Source: Felis catus (taxonomy: Eukaryota). From it: 64,000 nt of DNA. Below are positions 1-15,529 of the stretch, one piece after another (the first letter of the stretch is position 1; each line of letters begins with the position of its first letter). The notes beneath the pieces are model-generated. The model ran no database searches. It saw only the letters and a list, made by a program, of their open reading frames with translations, and was not told where the DNA came from. The stretch is taken from positions 28,212,001 through 28,276,000 of the forward strand of contig NC_058383.1 of assembly GCF_018350175.1 (NCBI RefSeq), in the 5' to 3' direction. The position numbers and the translations under genes are program-made.

Positions 1-915
1 CTTCCTTCTCTTTGTCAGCTCTTTTTATAAGTTAAAATTATAATCACTTCTTTTGATAAGTGAGCACAGATCTCCCAAAGAGGGCTCAGGCAGAAGGGGT
101 TTTCCATAAAGCCCCATTTGTTTTCAACTCTCGAAAATACTGGTAATCAGGTATTTTCCCCCTACTGTTTTTCAGTCCTTTGATGGTGAGTTTCCCATCC
201 CGAGCTGCTGAAATATCTCAAAGATTCAAGCAGATCCCCCTGCACGCCACACCTTCTCCCCTCGACCCCAGCTGCATGAGCAAAAAAGAGGTTATGGGTA
301 GGACCGGTCTCCCTGTTCAGTGGCCAATGATGGACATTCCTGACACCCAGTTACAACTCTTGACTTCTCATCTGGGCTCTTGAAAGGCAGGCTTCCTCCA
401 ACCTCTAACAAAAATGTCACAGAGGAGAGTCTCATGATACAACATAAACCATAAAGCCTCAGTGAGAACACCACCCACTCTATTCTTCCCCTTGTTCTTA
501 GAGAAATTATCTCACGGGAATAAAACATTCTGAGCCTCGCAGCAGGAACGGCTTAACAAACACACACGTTTAGAGATGAAGGAAACACTGTCCCATGGCA
601 GGTGACCAGGAAGACCCTTAAGTCTGATTCCTGAGGAGGGTCTAAAGGTCTCAGGGCAAGGACGTCTTACAGGAGCAGCCTGGGACCAGGGGTACATTCC
701 AAACTTCTGACACCCTCACATGTTCATCGAGCCATCCCTACTAGTGATGACAGCATCTTCCTATTGTAGAGCTGGCAAACCTGAATGCCTGCAGGGGACA
801 GCTAGGCACACTAGTGAGACAGGGAGGGACAGGGTGAGCTGAGAAGCTCTTGTCTGGTCTAGAAAAAGCCAGGCAGTGAGTGTAAGCCCAGTGTTGCTAC
901 ATGTTCTGATCTTTC

Positions 916-1134
916 TTTTTTTTTTTTAAATGTTTATTTATTTTTTCTGAGACAGAGAGAGACAGAGCATGAACGGAGGAGGGACAGAGAGAGGAGACAC
1001 AGGATCTGAAAGGGGCTCCAGGCTCTGAGCTGTCAGCACAGAGCCCGACACGGGGTTCGAACTCACGGACCATGAGATCATGACCTGAGCCGAAGTCAGA
1101 CGCTTAGCCAACTGAGCCACCCAGGCGCCCCCCC
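916..1134 (-). mobile_element. Can-SINE (tRNA-derived, feliform type)
   Basis: GGGGCGCCTGGGTGGCTCAG head, CT-rich body, A tail; TSD catgttctgatctttc at 900-915 and 1145-1160. Confidence 0.93.
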
Positions 1135-1226
1135 TTTTTTTTTTCATGTTCTGATCTTTCAAGAAAAGCAGGAAGTGGATCTTTACAGAAGGCACACCAG
1201 ATTTTTCTTAATTTTCAACATACTCA

Positions 1227-1712
<486 letters not shown>

Positions 1713-2721
1713 CTACCTCTCAAACACACCTGCGTACCTCGCTGCTGGGCCTTTGCACCTGCAGGTGCCCCTGTCTGGAATGCTCTTTCCCAAACTACCC
1801 TCTCGTGCGCTCCCTGGCATGCTGCAGATCTTCCGCCAATTCAGACCACCCCCTGCCTCTGTGCCCTCCGTCCCCTCCCCTGCTTCGTTCTCCTCCAGAC
1901 CACCGGGCACCTCCTAGCACCGCAGGTGTGCATTAATTCGCTTATTCTGTCACCCACGCCCCCTGGACCATCTCTGTCAGGACCGGTTCTTCCCCTGCTC
2001 GCTGTCATACTCCAGGCACACAGTAGGGGCTCCACGAGTATTTGTGGACTGTACCAGTAAGTGAGTGGTCTTCTCTGGTCAGACACAAGGGCAGAGGTGT
2101 CAGTCTGAATGCCTTCTACATCGGGACACCAACTATGCAGCAACGGCTAATGAGAAAGATCACGGTCCCATGACCTCACTTCATCCTCACTACAATCCCA
2201 TGAGAGGGGTCTTTCATTACCCCCAGTTTACACATGAGGAAACTGAAACACAGAGAGGGTGAGTAACTTGCCCAGAGTCACACAGCCCCTATTTCTGAAA
2301 AGCTTCTTAAGTTCAGTTCAGCATTTCCTGAGCTCTACAACTGGATGTGCTCCGGGCCAGGCTGGAGGCTACCTCTGGGGGAGCTGAGGAATGGAGGGGA
2401 CGGCAAGAGAGAACTCTCATCCTTTCTCCCCCATAAGCTTGTTACATTAATTTTCATTTACAACAAGCACAGTCCCCTTTTACAAATTGATGTATAATGC
2501 AGGGGATACGCTGTAAGAACACGGAGGGCACTGGAGAGAGAGGTGGGTGGAACTTTCTAACTGTGAAAATATATTCTATATAAATACATATTTTTAGTAG
2601 TGCTAAGACCCTGGATCTTTACATTCTTTTGTATTTTTCAAGTATGCTCTTATTTGAGAAATTAAAAAAGTAAGTAATTAAAAGAAGTAAAAACAAAAGT
2701 TTTTAAAATAAATTTAATTTC

Positions 2722-2935
2722 GGGGCACCTGGGTGGCTCAGTAGGTTAAGGGTCTGACTCTTGGTTTCAGCTCAGGTCATCTCATGGTTTGGGAGACTGA
2801 GCTGACAGCACAGAGCCTGCTTAGGATTCTGTCTCTCTCTCTCTCTCTCTCTCTGTCCTTCCCCTGCTTGGGCTCTGTTTCTCTCTCTCTCTCTCTCTCA
2901 AAACAAATAAACATCCAGAAATTAAAAAAAATAAA
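2722..2935 (+). mobile_element. Can-SINE
   Basis: ggggcacctgggtggctcag head, (CT)n, A-rich tail. Confidence 0.9.
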
Positions 2936-3827
2936 TTTAATTTCATACTTCACGCACAGTGAACTGCAGGCCATGTAAATTAGATCTTAAAAACTAAAAA
3001 AATAAATTCGATGTTGAGCGCGAAAACCCCTGGTGTAATACACTCTTATTTCCACAGGGGGCGCTCACACCATTCTGAAAAATGCTCTCCCATGAAGCGG
3101 GACCTGGTTCACCTGTGTCAGAGTCTTAAGGACGGGGCATTTTCTTGGGAGGCAGTGTGCCAATGGCCACGTAACCTTGAGCAAAGTAACTTAACCCTGT
3201 GTCTTAGTTTCCTGATGCGTAAAATGGGGATGACAGAACATGAGCTATAAGGCTACATAAAGATTGCACGAATTACTCTACGTAAATTGTATGAATTACT
3301 CTATGTAAAATGTGTAGGACAGGGCTGACAGCTCCCGAGGGCCCAATATGTGTCCCTAATATCACTGGTGGTGGGGGCGATGAGGGGATCCACTGGTATT
3401 GTCACCATGATCACTGCCAATGCCACCAGTGACAGCGTGTAGACGGAAAACGGCACTTTCTAGGGGCAATGTGGCACTGATGTCTGGACACTTGGGTCCT
3501 ACCCTGACCACTTGTGACCTTGGATCAGTCACTGTCCCTCCCCAGGCGACCCTCTCCTCCATCTATAAAATGGGGACTTGGGTCAAACAACTGCCGGGTT
3601 CCCCAAACTTCGGTCATGATTTTTACAACATCCACGTACTGACTCTCTTGCTGTTGACTTTCAGGGCTTTGAAACAACTGATATTTAATTTTTAAACGTG
3701 AAGATGAAACTCGTCTCATTCTGCACCACACAAGTCCCTCATACAGATATGTAACAAAGGACAGAAGACAATTTTCGCTGAATAGGGGTTGTCTGTTGAA
3801 GGCACCCAGGTCGCGCTGATGAGGTCA

Positions 3828-3983
<156 letters not shown>

Positions 3984-4434
3984 TCACATGGAGCTTCTGG
4001 GGTGAGCAGGGGCTGCTTTATCTTCAGCAAGTGATTACGAATTACGCAATTTTTTGAGGTAAGAAAGGTACCAGCCTCACGTACCGCCGTCGCCAGACCG
4101 CACCTCTTAGGCAAGCACGTTTCAAAATAACCCCTGGGCCACACAAGCAATCAGAAAGGGCATCAGAAAAGATTTCCAACGAGATGGTAATAAGGGAAAA
4201 CCCAATGTATCAAAATTTGGGCAATGTGGCTAAAGCCGGAATGAGAGATAAAGTGATAGAGTGAAAAGCATTTTTCCTGTCGCTGGAGGCATCCTCTTGG
4301 TTCATCAAGGGCTTTCCTTGACTGACGGGGGAATATCGGCCCTGTGTCTCATCTCCCTCCAGCACCAGCGGGTCACTGGGCTTCTCAAACGCCGCTTGGC
4401 CCCTCACCTCTCCCCCAGCTCCTGCGGGGATTCA

Positions 4435-4671
<237 letters not shown>

Positions 4672-5304
4672 TCAGAGATTTGGTTTCTGGCGCAAGCCGG
4701 GGAAGGAGGGAGGCACTTTGCTAATGGAAAGAATTCCCCGAGAGCTCCCGAGACGGGCCTTCAAGCTGTCCTCTCATGGGGCAAGGACAGCCAAAGGGAC
4801 ACGGTCTCACTAATTCCTCATTGATCTTGCAGCCCCGGGGGACTGAAACGGAGTTCTCCAGAAGGAGCCTTCCTGGGAAACTAAAGCTTGCCTTTTTAAG
4901 AACCAACTTTTTTTTTTTTTACGGAAACCTTTATAACATACCCATGTACACCCATCTGCAAAGACAGGTCCAGGAAAGTTCCTAAATACTAAGAAGCCGT
5001 CAACTGTAAGAGGCAACACTGTTGTAAAAATAACCTTTTCTTGGCAGAAGGGGGAAGGGAGAGTGAGAAATGAAATACTATTTTCAATGTAGCTGTAATG
5101 TTCCTAGATCACCCTCCTTTTAGAAACGTTAAAATACATTGTTTTACCTCTTGGAATATAAACAGATAACATTATTGGTTTTAAGCGAACTTCCCTAGCG
5201 TACCTCCAAGTGTTAGGAATATTAGTGATTTAAGGTGTAAAACATTTTAGGGAAATGGTGTCGTTGATCTTATTTCCACTAGAGCCCTTAAGATTCGTGT
5301 GACT

Positions 5305-5725
5305 GGGGGTGCCTGGGTGGCTTAGTAAGTTGAGCGTCTAACTTCGGCTCAGGTCATGATCTCAGGTCTGTGAGTTCGAGCCCCACGTCAGGCTCTGTGC
5401 TGACAACTCAGAGCCTGGAGTCTGCTTCAGATTCTGTGTCTCCCTCTCTCTCTGCCCCTCCCTTGCTCACACTCTCGCTCTCTTTCTCTCTAAATAAATA
5501 AATAAATAACATAAAAAAAAGAAAAATTTATCTTTTTTCATTAAAAAAATTTTAACATTTATTTTTGAGAGATAGAGTGAGGAAAGTATTAGCAGGGAAG
5601 GGGCAGTGAGAGAATGGGGACACAGAACCCAAAGCGGGTTTGAACGGGGCTCGAACTCACGAACCACAAGATCGTAACCTGAGCCGAAGTCAGATGCAAA
5701 ACCAAGTGAGCCACCCGGGCGCCCC
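5305..5725. mobile_element. Two Can-SINEs tail-to-tail (+ ~5305-5525; - ~5540-5725)
   Basis: SINE heads at both outer ends; degenerate TSD aagattcgtgtgact / aagattcacatgact around the pair. Confidence 0.88.
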
Positions 5726-6454
5726 GAAAAAGAAAGATTTTAAAAAAGATTCACATGACTGATCTTCCTGGGTGTGAGCTTATCCTAAAAACAGACCCAA
5801 ATTTGAGAAACTCCCTGACGATTCTGCAGGGGAAGGTCAGGTCTCCAGTGATTCATGGTCTCCCCACCCAGTCTTACCTTCTGGGATTATATTGTGTACG
5901 ACGGGGCAACAGTTGGTTACAACACGTTGCTCCCAGGGTGAGTCACCCCCTCTCCAGAACTTCCTATCCCACATCTCAAAAAACGTATCAGGACATGAGT
6001 GAGGAGAATATTCTTTTAGGGAAAGTCAGATACTTTTCTGAATTTGTCGACAAGTAGCGAACTCCTGTCCCTTCTTTGGGACGGATGCTTTTTTCATCAT
6101 GGCCATTTCACGTGGTCCAACCTCAGGCTGGTGAACGGCTTCCAAAGCTCATCACACAGGGGTGGTGGGTGATCACCCCCGTCAGCTGAGAACCAGGCCA
6201 CAAAAATATCAGCTGAGTCCGCCTGTCACCGATGACCTTGTACCGTCAGGACCACAGCGAACGGATAGTTCCTGCAGTATTTTCTGACTCCAGAAAATCT
6301 TGCTCCCTGTTGTTCCTCAGTGCCACCGGAGTGCCTGTGCTTCAAGCTGCCAGTGCTCCTGTCTGCTTTTAATGTTATTCTGTCCCTTCCCGCCCCCACC
6401 AAGTCTAACCATCCCGTGTGTGAGGCCCTCCTCCAGGAACTAAGGCTTCCTTCA

Positions 6455-6682
<228 letters not shown>

Positions 6683-7964
6683 CTAGGGGAAGAGAACGGA
6701 CCAGGGAGCTGGCAAAGCCCCTCCCATGCCAGCCACCCACCCCCACCAGGGCCGCGCTGGACAAAGCCTGGACACACACGGCACCTCCGGGAGGCAAGAT
6801 GGCAGAGCTGGGCTGCTTTTTAACAGGGGTCTCTGCTCACCCGATGCCAGCACAACAGAATGACGACAGCGACCACGCAATGCCAGCAGCTCAGGCCCAC
6901 GGGGAGCCGACCACCCTAGCACAGTTTGAAGTCCTTCCACAGAATCGGTTCATTTCATCGTCACCAAACAGCTAGGAGTCGGTGCTCATTTGCACAGACC
7001 GTCAGTAAACCCAGGCACAAAGAAGCTCGCTGACCTCTTCCCCCTCAGGTCCCCCTCAGGCGACAAGCGGCCGAGCTGGGGGGCTGGACTCGGAGAAGCC
7101 GGCTGTCAAGGGTGAACCCCTGCACTGTCCTGCCTCTCTCAAGCCACAGACCTCTAGGGTTTTCTGGACCCAGCAGCGTGGCCTTTGGCCTCCACCCGTC
7201 CCCGCGGGCAGTCACCCCATTGGCTCTGCTCCTGCCCTAACCAGGGCAGATGGAACAAAAGCAAAGCAAATCGCGCCCTGGAAGCTTCGAGGACCCGCCC
7301 TTAGATGACAGACTGGTCACGTGAGGACATTTAGTTCTCGCGGCCTTAGTCTCCTCGTCTGTACAAACAGGACCGGGGAGACTGAGGTTCCCCATTGTGG
7401 AGGTGGCACGTAATGCGAAGGCAGGTGTTTCACAAGCGACACAGCCAGACAAATGAACAAGACAGGGAACAAAGGGTGGTTAGGGACACGGCCTCCCCGC
7501 CTCCTGGGGCCCTTGTGGGGGCAGAGACCTTCCACAGAGAACGGTGAACATAATGGAGGAGTCGGACGGGGCTCCGAGTTTAGCAGCTGCTTCCTGGACG
7601 GCAGCGTGTGTGGTCACCTGAACCCACACCTGGACAGCCTTCTGGGTCCTGGAAACTCCGTAAGCTAACCCAGCACCACACCAGCCAGGGCAGGCCCACG
7701 ATGGTTGCTCTGCCAGTCCGTGAGGGTAGGCCAGATGCCCTCTCTGCTCCCGAGCCTCTCGGCCTTGAACAAAACCCTGATGCCTCGGCCCCGCGGGATC
7801 TGCCCTGGGAGGGTTCCTCTCCCCGACTTTCTTTCTAAACATCCCGGATGGAAATCATTCTCAAGTATTTTCCCTGCTCAACCTACTCCACTTTATTTAC
7901 TGTAGAAAGCTACCCTGAGATGTATTTGTCTTTAAATTGTTGTTTGCTTACTTATTTTTAATTT

Positions 7965-8995
7965 TAAAAAATATTTTATTTATTTTTGAGAGAGGACAAG
8001 TGGGGGAGGGGCATTGAGAGAAGGACAGAGGATCTGAAGTGGGCTTTGTGTGAACAGCAGGGGGCCCAACACGGGGCTCGAACTCATGAACCGCAAGATG
8101 ATGACCTGAGCTGAAGCCACCCAGGAGCCCCTAAACTCAGTCTTTTAAAAAAAGAACTATTAGCTAGCTTCCCTTTTATTATTTTTTAAAAATTTTTTAA
8201 ATCTTTATTTATTTTTGAGAGAGAACATGTGAGCAGGGGAGGAGCACAGAGAGAGGGAGACAGAATCTGAAGCAGGTTCCAGGCTCTGAGCTGTCAGCAC
8301 AGAGCCCAACGCGGGGCTGTAACTCACAAACCGCGAGATCATGACCTGGGCCGAAGTTGGACGCTCAACTGACTGAGCCATCCAGGCGTCCCGCTAGCTT
8401 CCCTTTTAAACTCTATTCCAGGAGACATAATCCACCCTGCCAGACTCACCTTACTTTTTCAGAAACCAAGTGCCTGGTGCTTGTAAATAAAAATAACTGC
8501 TTGCTGGGCACCTGGGGGGCTAGTTTGGTCACGCATCCAACCGCTGATTTTGGCTCAGGTCACGATCTCATGGGTTCAGGGGTTTGAACCCGGTGTTGGG
8601 CTCCACGCTGGCAGCACGGAACCTGTTTGGGATTCTGTCTTACCCTCTCTCTCTGCCCCTCCCCCAGTCGTGTTTAAGCTCTCTCTCTCTCTCAAAATAA
8701 ATAAGCATTAAAATAAAAAATAAGAAAGAAAAGGAAGAAAAGAAAAGAAAGAAAAGAAAGAAAGAAAGAGGCTCCTGGGTGGCTCAGTCAGTTAAGCGTC
8801 CGACTTCGGCTCAGGTCATGATCTCGCCGTCCGTGAGTTCAAGCCCCAGGTTGGGTTCTGTGCTGACAGCTCAGAGCCTGGAGCCTGCTTCAGATTCTGT
8901 GTCTCCCTCTCTCTCTGCCCCTCCCCTGCTCACACCCTGTCTCTCTCTCAAAAATAAACATTTAAAAAAATAATAAATAAAATAAGTAAATAAGT
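7965..8995. mobile_element. Cluster of four Can-SINEs (two -, two +) with a GAAA-rich spacer
   Basis: Heads near 8131(-), 8392(-), 8505(+), 8768(+); TSD gctagcttccctttta around the second copy. Confidence 0.88.
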
Positions 8996-9879
8996 AATAA
9001 CCGCTCGACAAGCACCTGCCTGAGCCAGGCAGCAGGCCGCAAGCTAAGGTACTTGGAGCTGTGACTGGGCAGTTTTTCAGACACCAAAATATTCCATAAA
9101 AGCAGAAATGCCTTCTTCCAAGCAACAAGGACGCCCCAACACAAGTCCACATCGGCTTATCTCTTCATCTTTTTATAAAAATGACTTGCTTTTAAATTAA
9201 AACATTAATGGGTAGCCATTTAAAACGCTGGGGGTTGGGGGAATGATACAGATGGGAATATTAAAAAAAAAAAATCACACTGCAGCCATTACACTCAGAT
9301 AAGCACTATTCAAATCTCAGTGTATAACCTTCCAGATCTTTCTGGAGGAAAGAGAAAGAACCTACGTGTATCGAAAAGCCACTTTTTAATCAAGATATAA
9401 CACACATTATGCTGAAAAATGCACCAAATCTTTACAGCTTGATGAAGTTTACATTCATTCACACCTGCACCCCCACTATCTGACCAAAATCTAGAACATC
9501 TCCAGCATCCATAAAATTCTTGTGTCCTCTGGGTCAAAACTCTCAAGTTATTTCTAGTTTGAGGCTATTATGAACCAAGATGCTAAGAATGTTCTAGCAC
9601 TTTTTTTTTTTTTAGTAGATGCATTCTCTCATCTCTATTGCATATATGCTGAGGAAGGACTGCTGGGTGGTAGGGTAAGTGTGTATTTAGTTAAAAGTCA
9701 TTAAGCAAACAAACAAATTCTCCCATAATCCCAACCCTTGGGGACACCAAGTTTTCCTTTTCCTCTCACTGCTTCCCTTTCTGGCCCTGCACATTATGCT
9801 GGCATCTTGGTTATAGTAACAGTGTGTATATAATATGATTCTTTGCGGAACTTTGTTGTTTAAAAATAAAATCCATGGA

Positions 9880-10348
9880 GGGGCACCTTGGTGGCTCAGT
9901 CGGTTAAGCGTCCGACTTTGGTTCAGGTCATAATCTCATGGTTTGTGGGTTGTTGTTTTTTTCTTTTAACTTCTTTCAATGTTTTCATTTATTTTTGAGA
10001 CAGAGAGAGATAGAGCGTGAGCAGGGGAGGGGCAGAGAGAGAGGGAGACACAGAATCCGAAGCAGGCTCCAGGCTCCGAGCTGTCAGCACAGAGCCCCGA
10101 CGTGGGGCTCGAACCCATGGACCGTGACATCATGACCTGAGCCGAAATCGGACGCTTAACCGACTGAGCCACCCAGGCGCCCCTGGTTCATGGGTCTGAG
10201 CCCCGCACTGGACTCTGTGCTACAGCTCAGAGCCTGGATCCCGCTTGGAATTCTATGTCTCCCCCTCTCTCTGCCCCTCCCCACTCATGCTGTCTCTCTC
10301 TCTCTCAAAAATAAACATTAAAACATTAAAAAGAAATAAAAAATAAAA
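9880..10348. mobile_element. Can-SINE (+) interrupted by a full Can-SINE (-, ~9955-10183)
   Basis: Outer body resumes at 10184; degenerate duplication tggtttgtgggt / tggttcatgggt. Confidence 0.88.
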
Positions 10349-11239
10349 TCGGTGGTATCGCAACAACATCTCCGTAATTATCTCCACTAAGGAACACGAG
10401 ATCCCATCGCTGAGTGAAAAAAAAAGCTGGCACCAACTTAAAGAGAACACAATGGGGGTGTCGCAGTGGGTCCTGCTCTCTCTGGTTCCACCTTCATTCA
10501 TGCACACCAACCACGGGGCCACAGCATGGTGGAGCCTGGGGGACGGCTGACAACCAAGGGCTCCGGACCCCGCGTGAGCAGGCCACGGCACAGCCTGACG
10601 CGTGGAGGTCTTGGCAGCTCTCCCTCTCGTTTTGTGCTGTAGTGACTGGCTCCCATCTAAACCACTGTCTCCCGCCAGCAACTGTGCTGCAGGTAACCTT
10701 TTCGGGGCAGAAAGGGGCAGTGCAGCACCGTGGTTACCAACGCAAGCTTTAAAATCAGACAGACGTGAGTTCACACTCCCAGCTGCACCACCAGGGCCTC
10801 GACACGCTCCTCCGTCAGCTGCAAGCACAGTTTACGTGGCCATCACCTAAACAACCACACTGACTCCCTTGCTGTGTTTGTTTCCCGTCCTCGGTCTTGT
10901 ATTCTGAAATACACATTGATGGCTGGAGCTCCAGCCACCACCTTAGACCATGAGGTCAACTTAAGAATGGAAGGCTTGTGCAAAGCTGGGAAAACTTAAA
11001 AAAAAACCACAACAGCGACGAAGTCTGGGACATTAAAAAATGTGTGCAACTGCCACACCAGAGCTGAAGGGCCCACCTCTAAATTTCTACGATGAGAAAA
11101 AAATAAATAGAAACAATAAACAAATAAGTAAATACATTTCCACTAGGAGAGAGAAAGACAAACATCTTGTCTGAGCTGCTGTTATTCATATCTCTATTTT
11201 CTGCAGGGGGGCTAAGACCTAAAGAATTTCATAAAACAC

Positions 11240-11255
11240 TTTTAAGTTTATTTAT

Positions 11256-11299
<44 letters not shown>

Positions 11300-11477
11300 C
11301 GCGTGTGCACGTGGGTGGGGGAGAGCAGAGAAAGAGGGAGAGAGAGAATCCCAAGCAGGCTCTGTGCTGTGAGCACAGAGCCCAATGTGGAGCTCGATCT
11401 CCCAAAACCATGAGATCACAACTTCAGTCGAGACCACGAGTTGGACGCTTAAACGACTGTGCCACCCGGGTACCCCC
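11240..11477 (-). mobile_element. Can-SINE with expanded (GA)n
   Basis: Reverse-complement head, body and tail. Confidence 0.88.
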
Positions 11478-11523
11478 ATAATGTTAATAATCTATTTTAA
11501 TAATCAAGGTGTCTTTACTACTA

Positions 11524-12174
<651 letters not shown>

Positions 12175-12202
12175 TCAACACCGTACAAGAGTTTTACATG
12201 TT

Positions 12203-12666
12203 TATTTTTAAAAAAATTTAAATGTTTGTTTTTCAGAGAGAGAGAGAGAGGAGAGAGAGCGAGCACGAGCAGAGACAGAGAGAGACACAGAATCCGAGGC
12301 AGGCTCCAGGCTCTGAGCTGTCAGCACAGAACCCGACATGGGGCTCAAATGCAAACCATGAGATCGTGACCCGAGCCGAAGTCAGATGTTCAACCGACGG
12401 AGTCACCCAGGCGCCCCACATGCATCTAATTCTTTTTTTTTTTCATTAAAAAAATTTTTTTTTTTTATTTATTTACTTTTGAGACAGAGAGAGACAGAGC
12501 ATGAACAGGGGAGGAGCAGACAGAGAGGGAGACACAGAATCTGAAACAGGCTCCAGGCTCTGAGCTGTCAGCACAGAGCCCAACGCGGGGCTTGAACTCA
12601 CGGACCATAAGATCGTGACCTGAGCCGAAGTCGGACGCCTAACTGACCAAGCCACCCAGGCGCCCC
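12203..12666 (-). mobile_element. Two tandem Can-SINEs
   Basis: Heads near 12417 and 12666; TSD acatgca[tc]ctaattctt around the second copy. Confidence 0.9.
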
Positions 12667-12867
12667 CACATGCACCTAATTCTTAAGACTGACTCTGTAT
12701 AAATCCTATTAGCACCCATTTTACAGAGAAGGGAGCTCAAGGTCAGATAGGTGAACTCCTCTGCCCTCGAAACAGTCAGCCAATCAGCAGCAGAGTCGGG
12801 GTTCTGATCCAGGCAGCCTGCTTGCTCCAGGGTCATGCTCTTAATCTGTATGCCACATTCCTCTAGA

Positions 12868-13075
12868 CCAGTGGCACGCAACACAACTTTCTGGAATGAT
12901 GGAAATATTCTGGACCTATGCAGTCCAGTGTGGTCACCTCCAGGCACGTGTGGCTACTGAGCACTTGAAATGTGGCCAGTGCCAGTGAACAGCTGATACT
13001 GTTACTTAGGTTTGACGAACTGCAATTCAAAGAGCCACACTGTGGCCAGCGGCCACCAGAGTGGACAGCTCAGCT
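12868..13075. mobile_element. MER3-like hAT-Charlie DNA transposon relic
   Basis: gatggaaatattct...gtggctactgagcacttgaaatgtggccagt resembles the recalled MER3 consensus. Confidence 0.7.
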
Positions 13076-13799
13076 CTGGAACAGACACTGCTGCTGTGTG
13101 AGGCAGGGAAACATCACATCCACTCTGTGTCCCACCTTCCCTCAAGGACAGTTTGGAGGGCAGTCCCATGCCCAATGACGAGGTGTTAGGGATGAAGAAA
13201 TCTGGGAAATCCAGGTCTACTCTTCTGGTTTTTTTTTTTTTTTTTTTCCAAAGCCATCTCCTGGAGACCATGAGACATCTGTGGCTCCTCTGAACAAGTC
13301 ACAGGGAGACAGCCGTTCTTTGCAAAGAGACTTCATAGGGATGGAGAGGCTTACTCTCGGGAGCAGGGGCTGAAACAAGGGGCTGCAGCCAAGCACTGCC
13401 CAAATGTGTCTTTGCCACCTACCAGCTGTGGGACCTTCCCGCAACCTCTAGGCACGGGGGGGGGGGGGGTCCTCCTCTATAAGATGGCAACAATGATACG
13501 TAACCTTGTAGCACTGCTGAATGTGAAGGGCAGTGTGCCGCTGCACAGAAAGTACTCAAATGTATCAAATCTATACTTACGTATCACAGACACTGAACAC
13601 ACGTAGGTAGGGACAGATGCACACTGCTTTTAGGAGTCTAAACACACGGCTCGGTTAGCATAGTGTAGCACAGTGATCAAGAGCAGGGGCTCCTGGGCCA
13701 GACCACCTCATTCAAATGTATTTGCTGTGCAACTTCGGGCAACTTACTTAACCTCACTGGGGCTTAGAGTCTCTATTTCTTTTCTTTTCTCTTTTTTTA

Positions 13800-14470
13800 A
13801 AATTAATTTATTTTTATTTACAAAATTTTTAACGTTTATTTTTGAGAGAGATAGAAAGACAGATGGAGTGCCTGGGTGGATCAGTTGGTCAGGCATCCAA
13901 CTTCGGTTCAGGTCACGATCTCGTGGTTCATGAGTTCGAGCCCTGCGTCAGGACCTGTGCTGACAGCTGGGAGCCTAGAGCCTGCTTCCAATTCTGTGTC
14001 ATTCCCTCTCTGCCCCTCCCCTGTTTGCAGTCTGTGTGTGTGTGTGTGTGTATCTCTCTCTCACAAATAAATAAACATTAAAAAAAAATTAAAACGAAAA
14101 AGAAAAAAAAGAGTACAAGCAGGGGAGGGGCAGACAGAGAGAGAGGGAGAAACGGAATCTAAAGCAGACTCCAGGCTCCGAGCTGTCAGCATGGAACCTG
14201 ATGTGGGGCTTGAACTCAAATCACAAGATCATGACCTGAGCCTCAGCCATGATGCTTAACTGACAGAGCCACCCAGGTGCCCCTACTCATTTTTATTTTA
14301 GAGAGACAGAGTGTGTGCAAAGAACATGGGCAGAGGGAGAGAGAGAAAATCCCAAGCTGGCCCCATGCCCAGTGCCGAGCTCAATGTGGGGTGTGATCCC
14401 ACAAGCCCGGGATCATGACCTGAGCAAAAATCAAGAGTCAGAAGGGCAAGTGACTGAGCCACCCAAGTGC
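13800..14470. mobile_element. Nested Can-SINEs: - copy interrupted by a + copy (~13865-14105), followed by another - copy
   Basis: Split tail/body of the outer element; three heads recognisable. Confidence 0.85.
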
Positions 14471-14665
14471 TGCTAGAGTCTCTATTTCTAAAATGTGGAA
14501 AATACTAGCTGTGACCTCATGACACCTGCTGCAAAAGCAAAATAAGTTAAAACACCCAAAAATGTTTAGAACATAACCAGCACCAAGTAAGTGCTCGGTA
14601 AACAACAACTCTTATTATTAACGCTGTTGTGTTTGGGGACCTTTGTGGAACCACAAGAAGGGTAC

Positions 14666-14863
14666 ACAGGGTTTCTCAATTTCGTCACTACTGACATTTG
14701 AGGCTACATCATTCTCTGTTGTGGGGGCCGGGCTATGCACTGCAGGACATCTAGCAACCCCCCTGACCTCTACAAGGCAGTTGCCCCCCCCCCGCACCGC
14801 GACAGCTCTAAGTACCTCCAGACATTGCTAAATGTCCCCCCAGGGGACAACATTGAGCACCAC
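14666..14863. mobile_element. MER20-like DNA transposon relic
   Basis: ggtttctcaa...ctgacatttg...tccagacattgctaaatgtcccc...ttgagcaccact. Confidence 0.7.
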
Positions 14864-15145
14864 TAGCATAACCGAGTTCCCACTCTCAGGGAGCAGGTTA
14901 AAGTCCACAAGTGAGAGTTTACAGAAGACCTATCACCCTGACACAGGAACAAGGGGCAAGGGCCCTTGCTTGCCAAGGCTCGAGGGGGCTGCTGTTCCTC
15001 AGCTTTCCTCATCTGTAAAATGGACACACTGGAGTGCTCTTCATCTCCTAGGGCCCCATGAAACAGAGCATTCAAGAAACATTCCCTCTACAAGGTATCT
15101 AAGTGTCTACTAAGTGATAGGTACCGTTCATGTGAGTTTGGCTTA

Positions 15146-15529
<384 letters not shown>

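Noticed and set aside
3271..3316. Short tandem duplications (23 bp here; also ~32233-32252 and ~42955-43015)
   Set aside because: Ordinary slippage duplications in intronic or repeat DNA.
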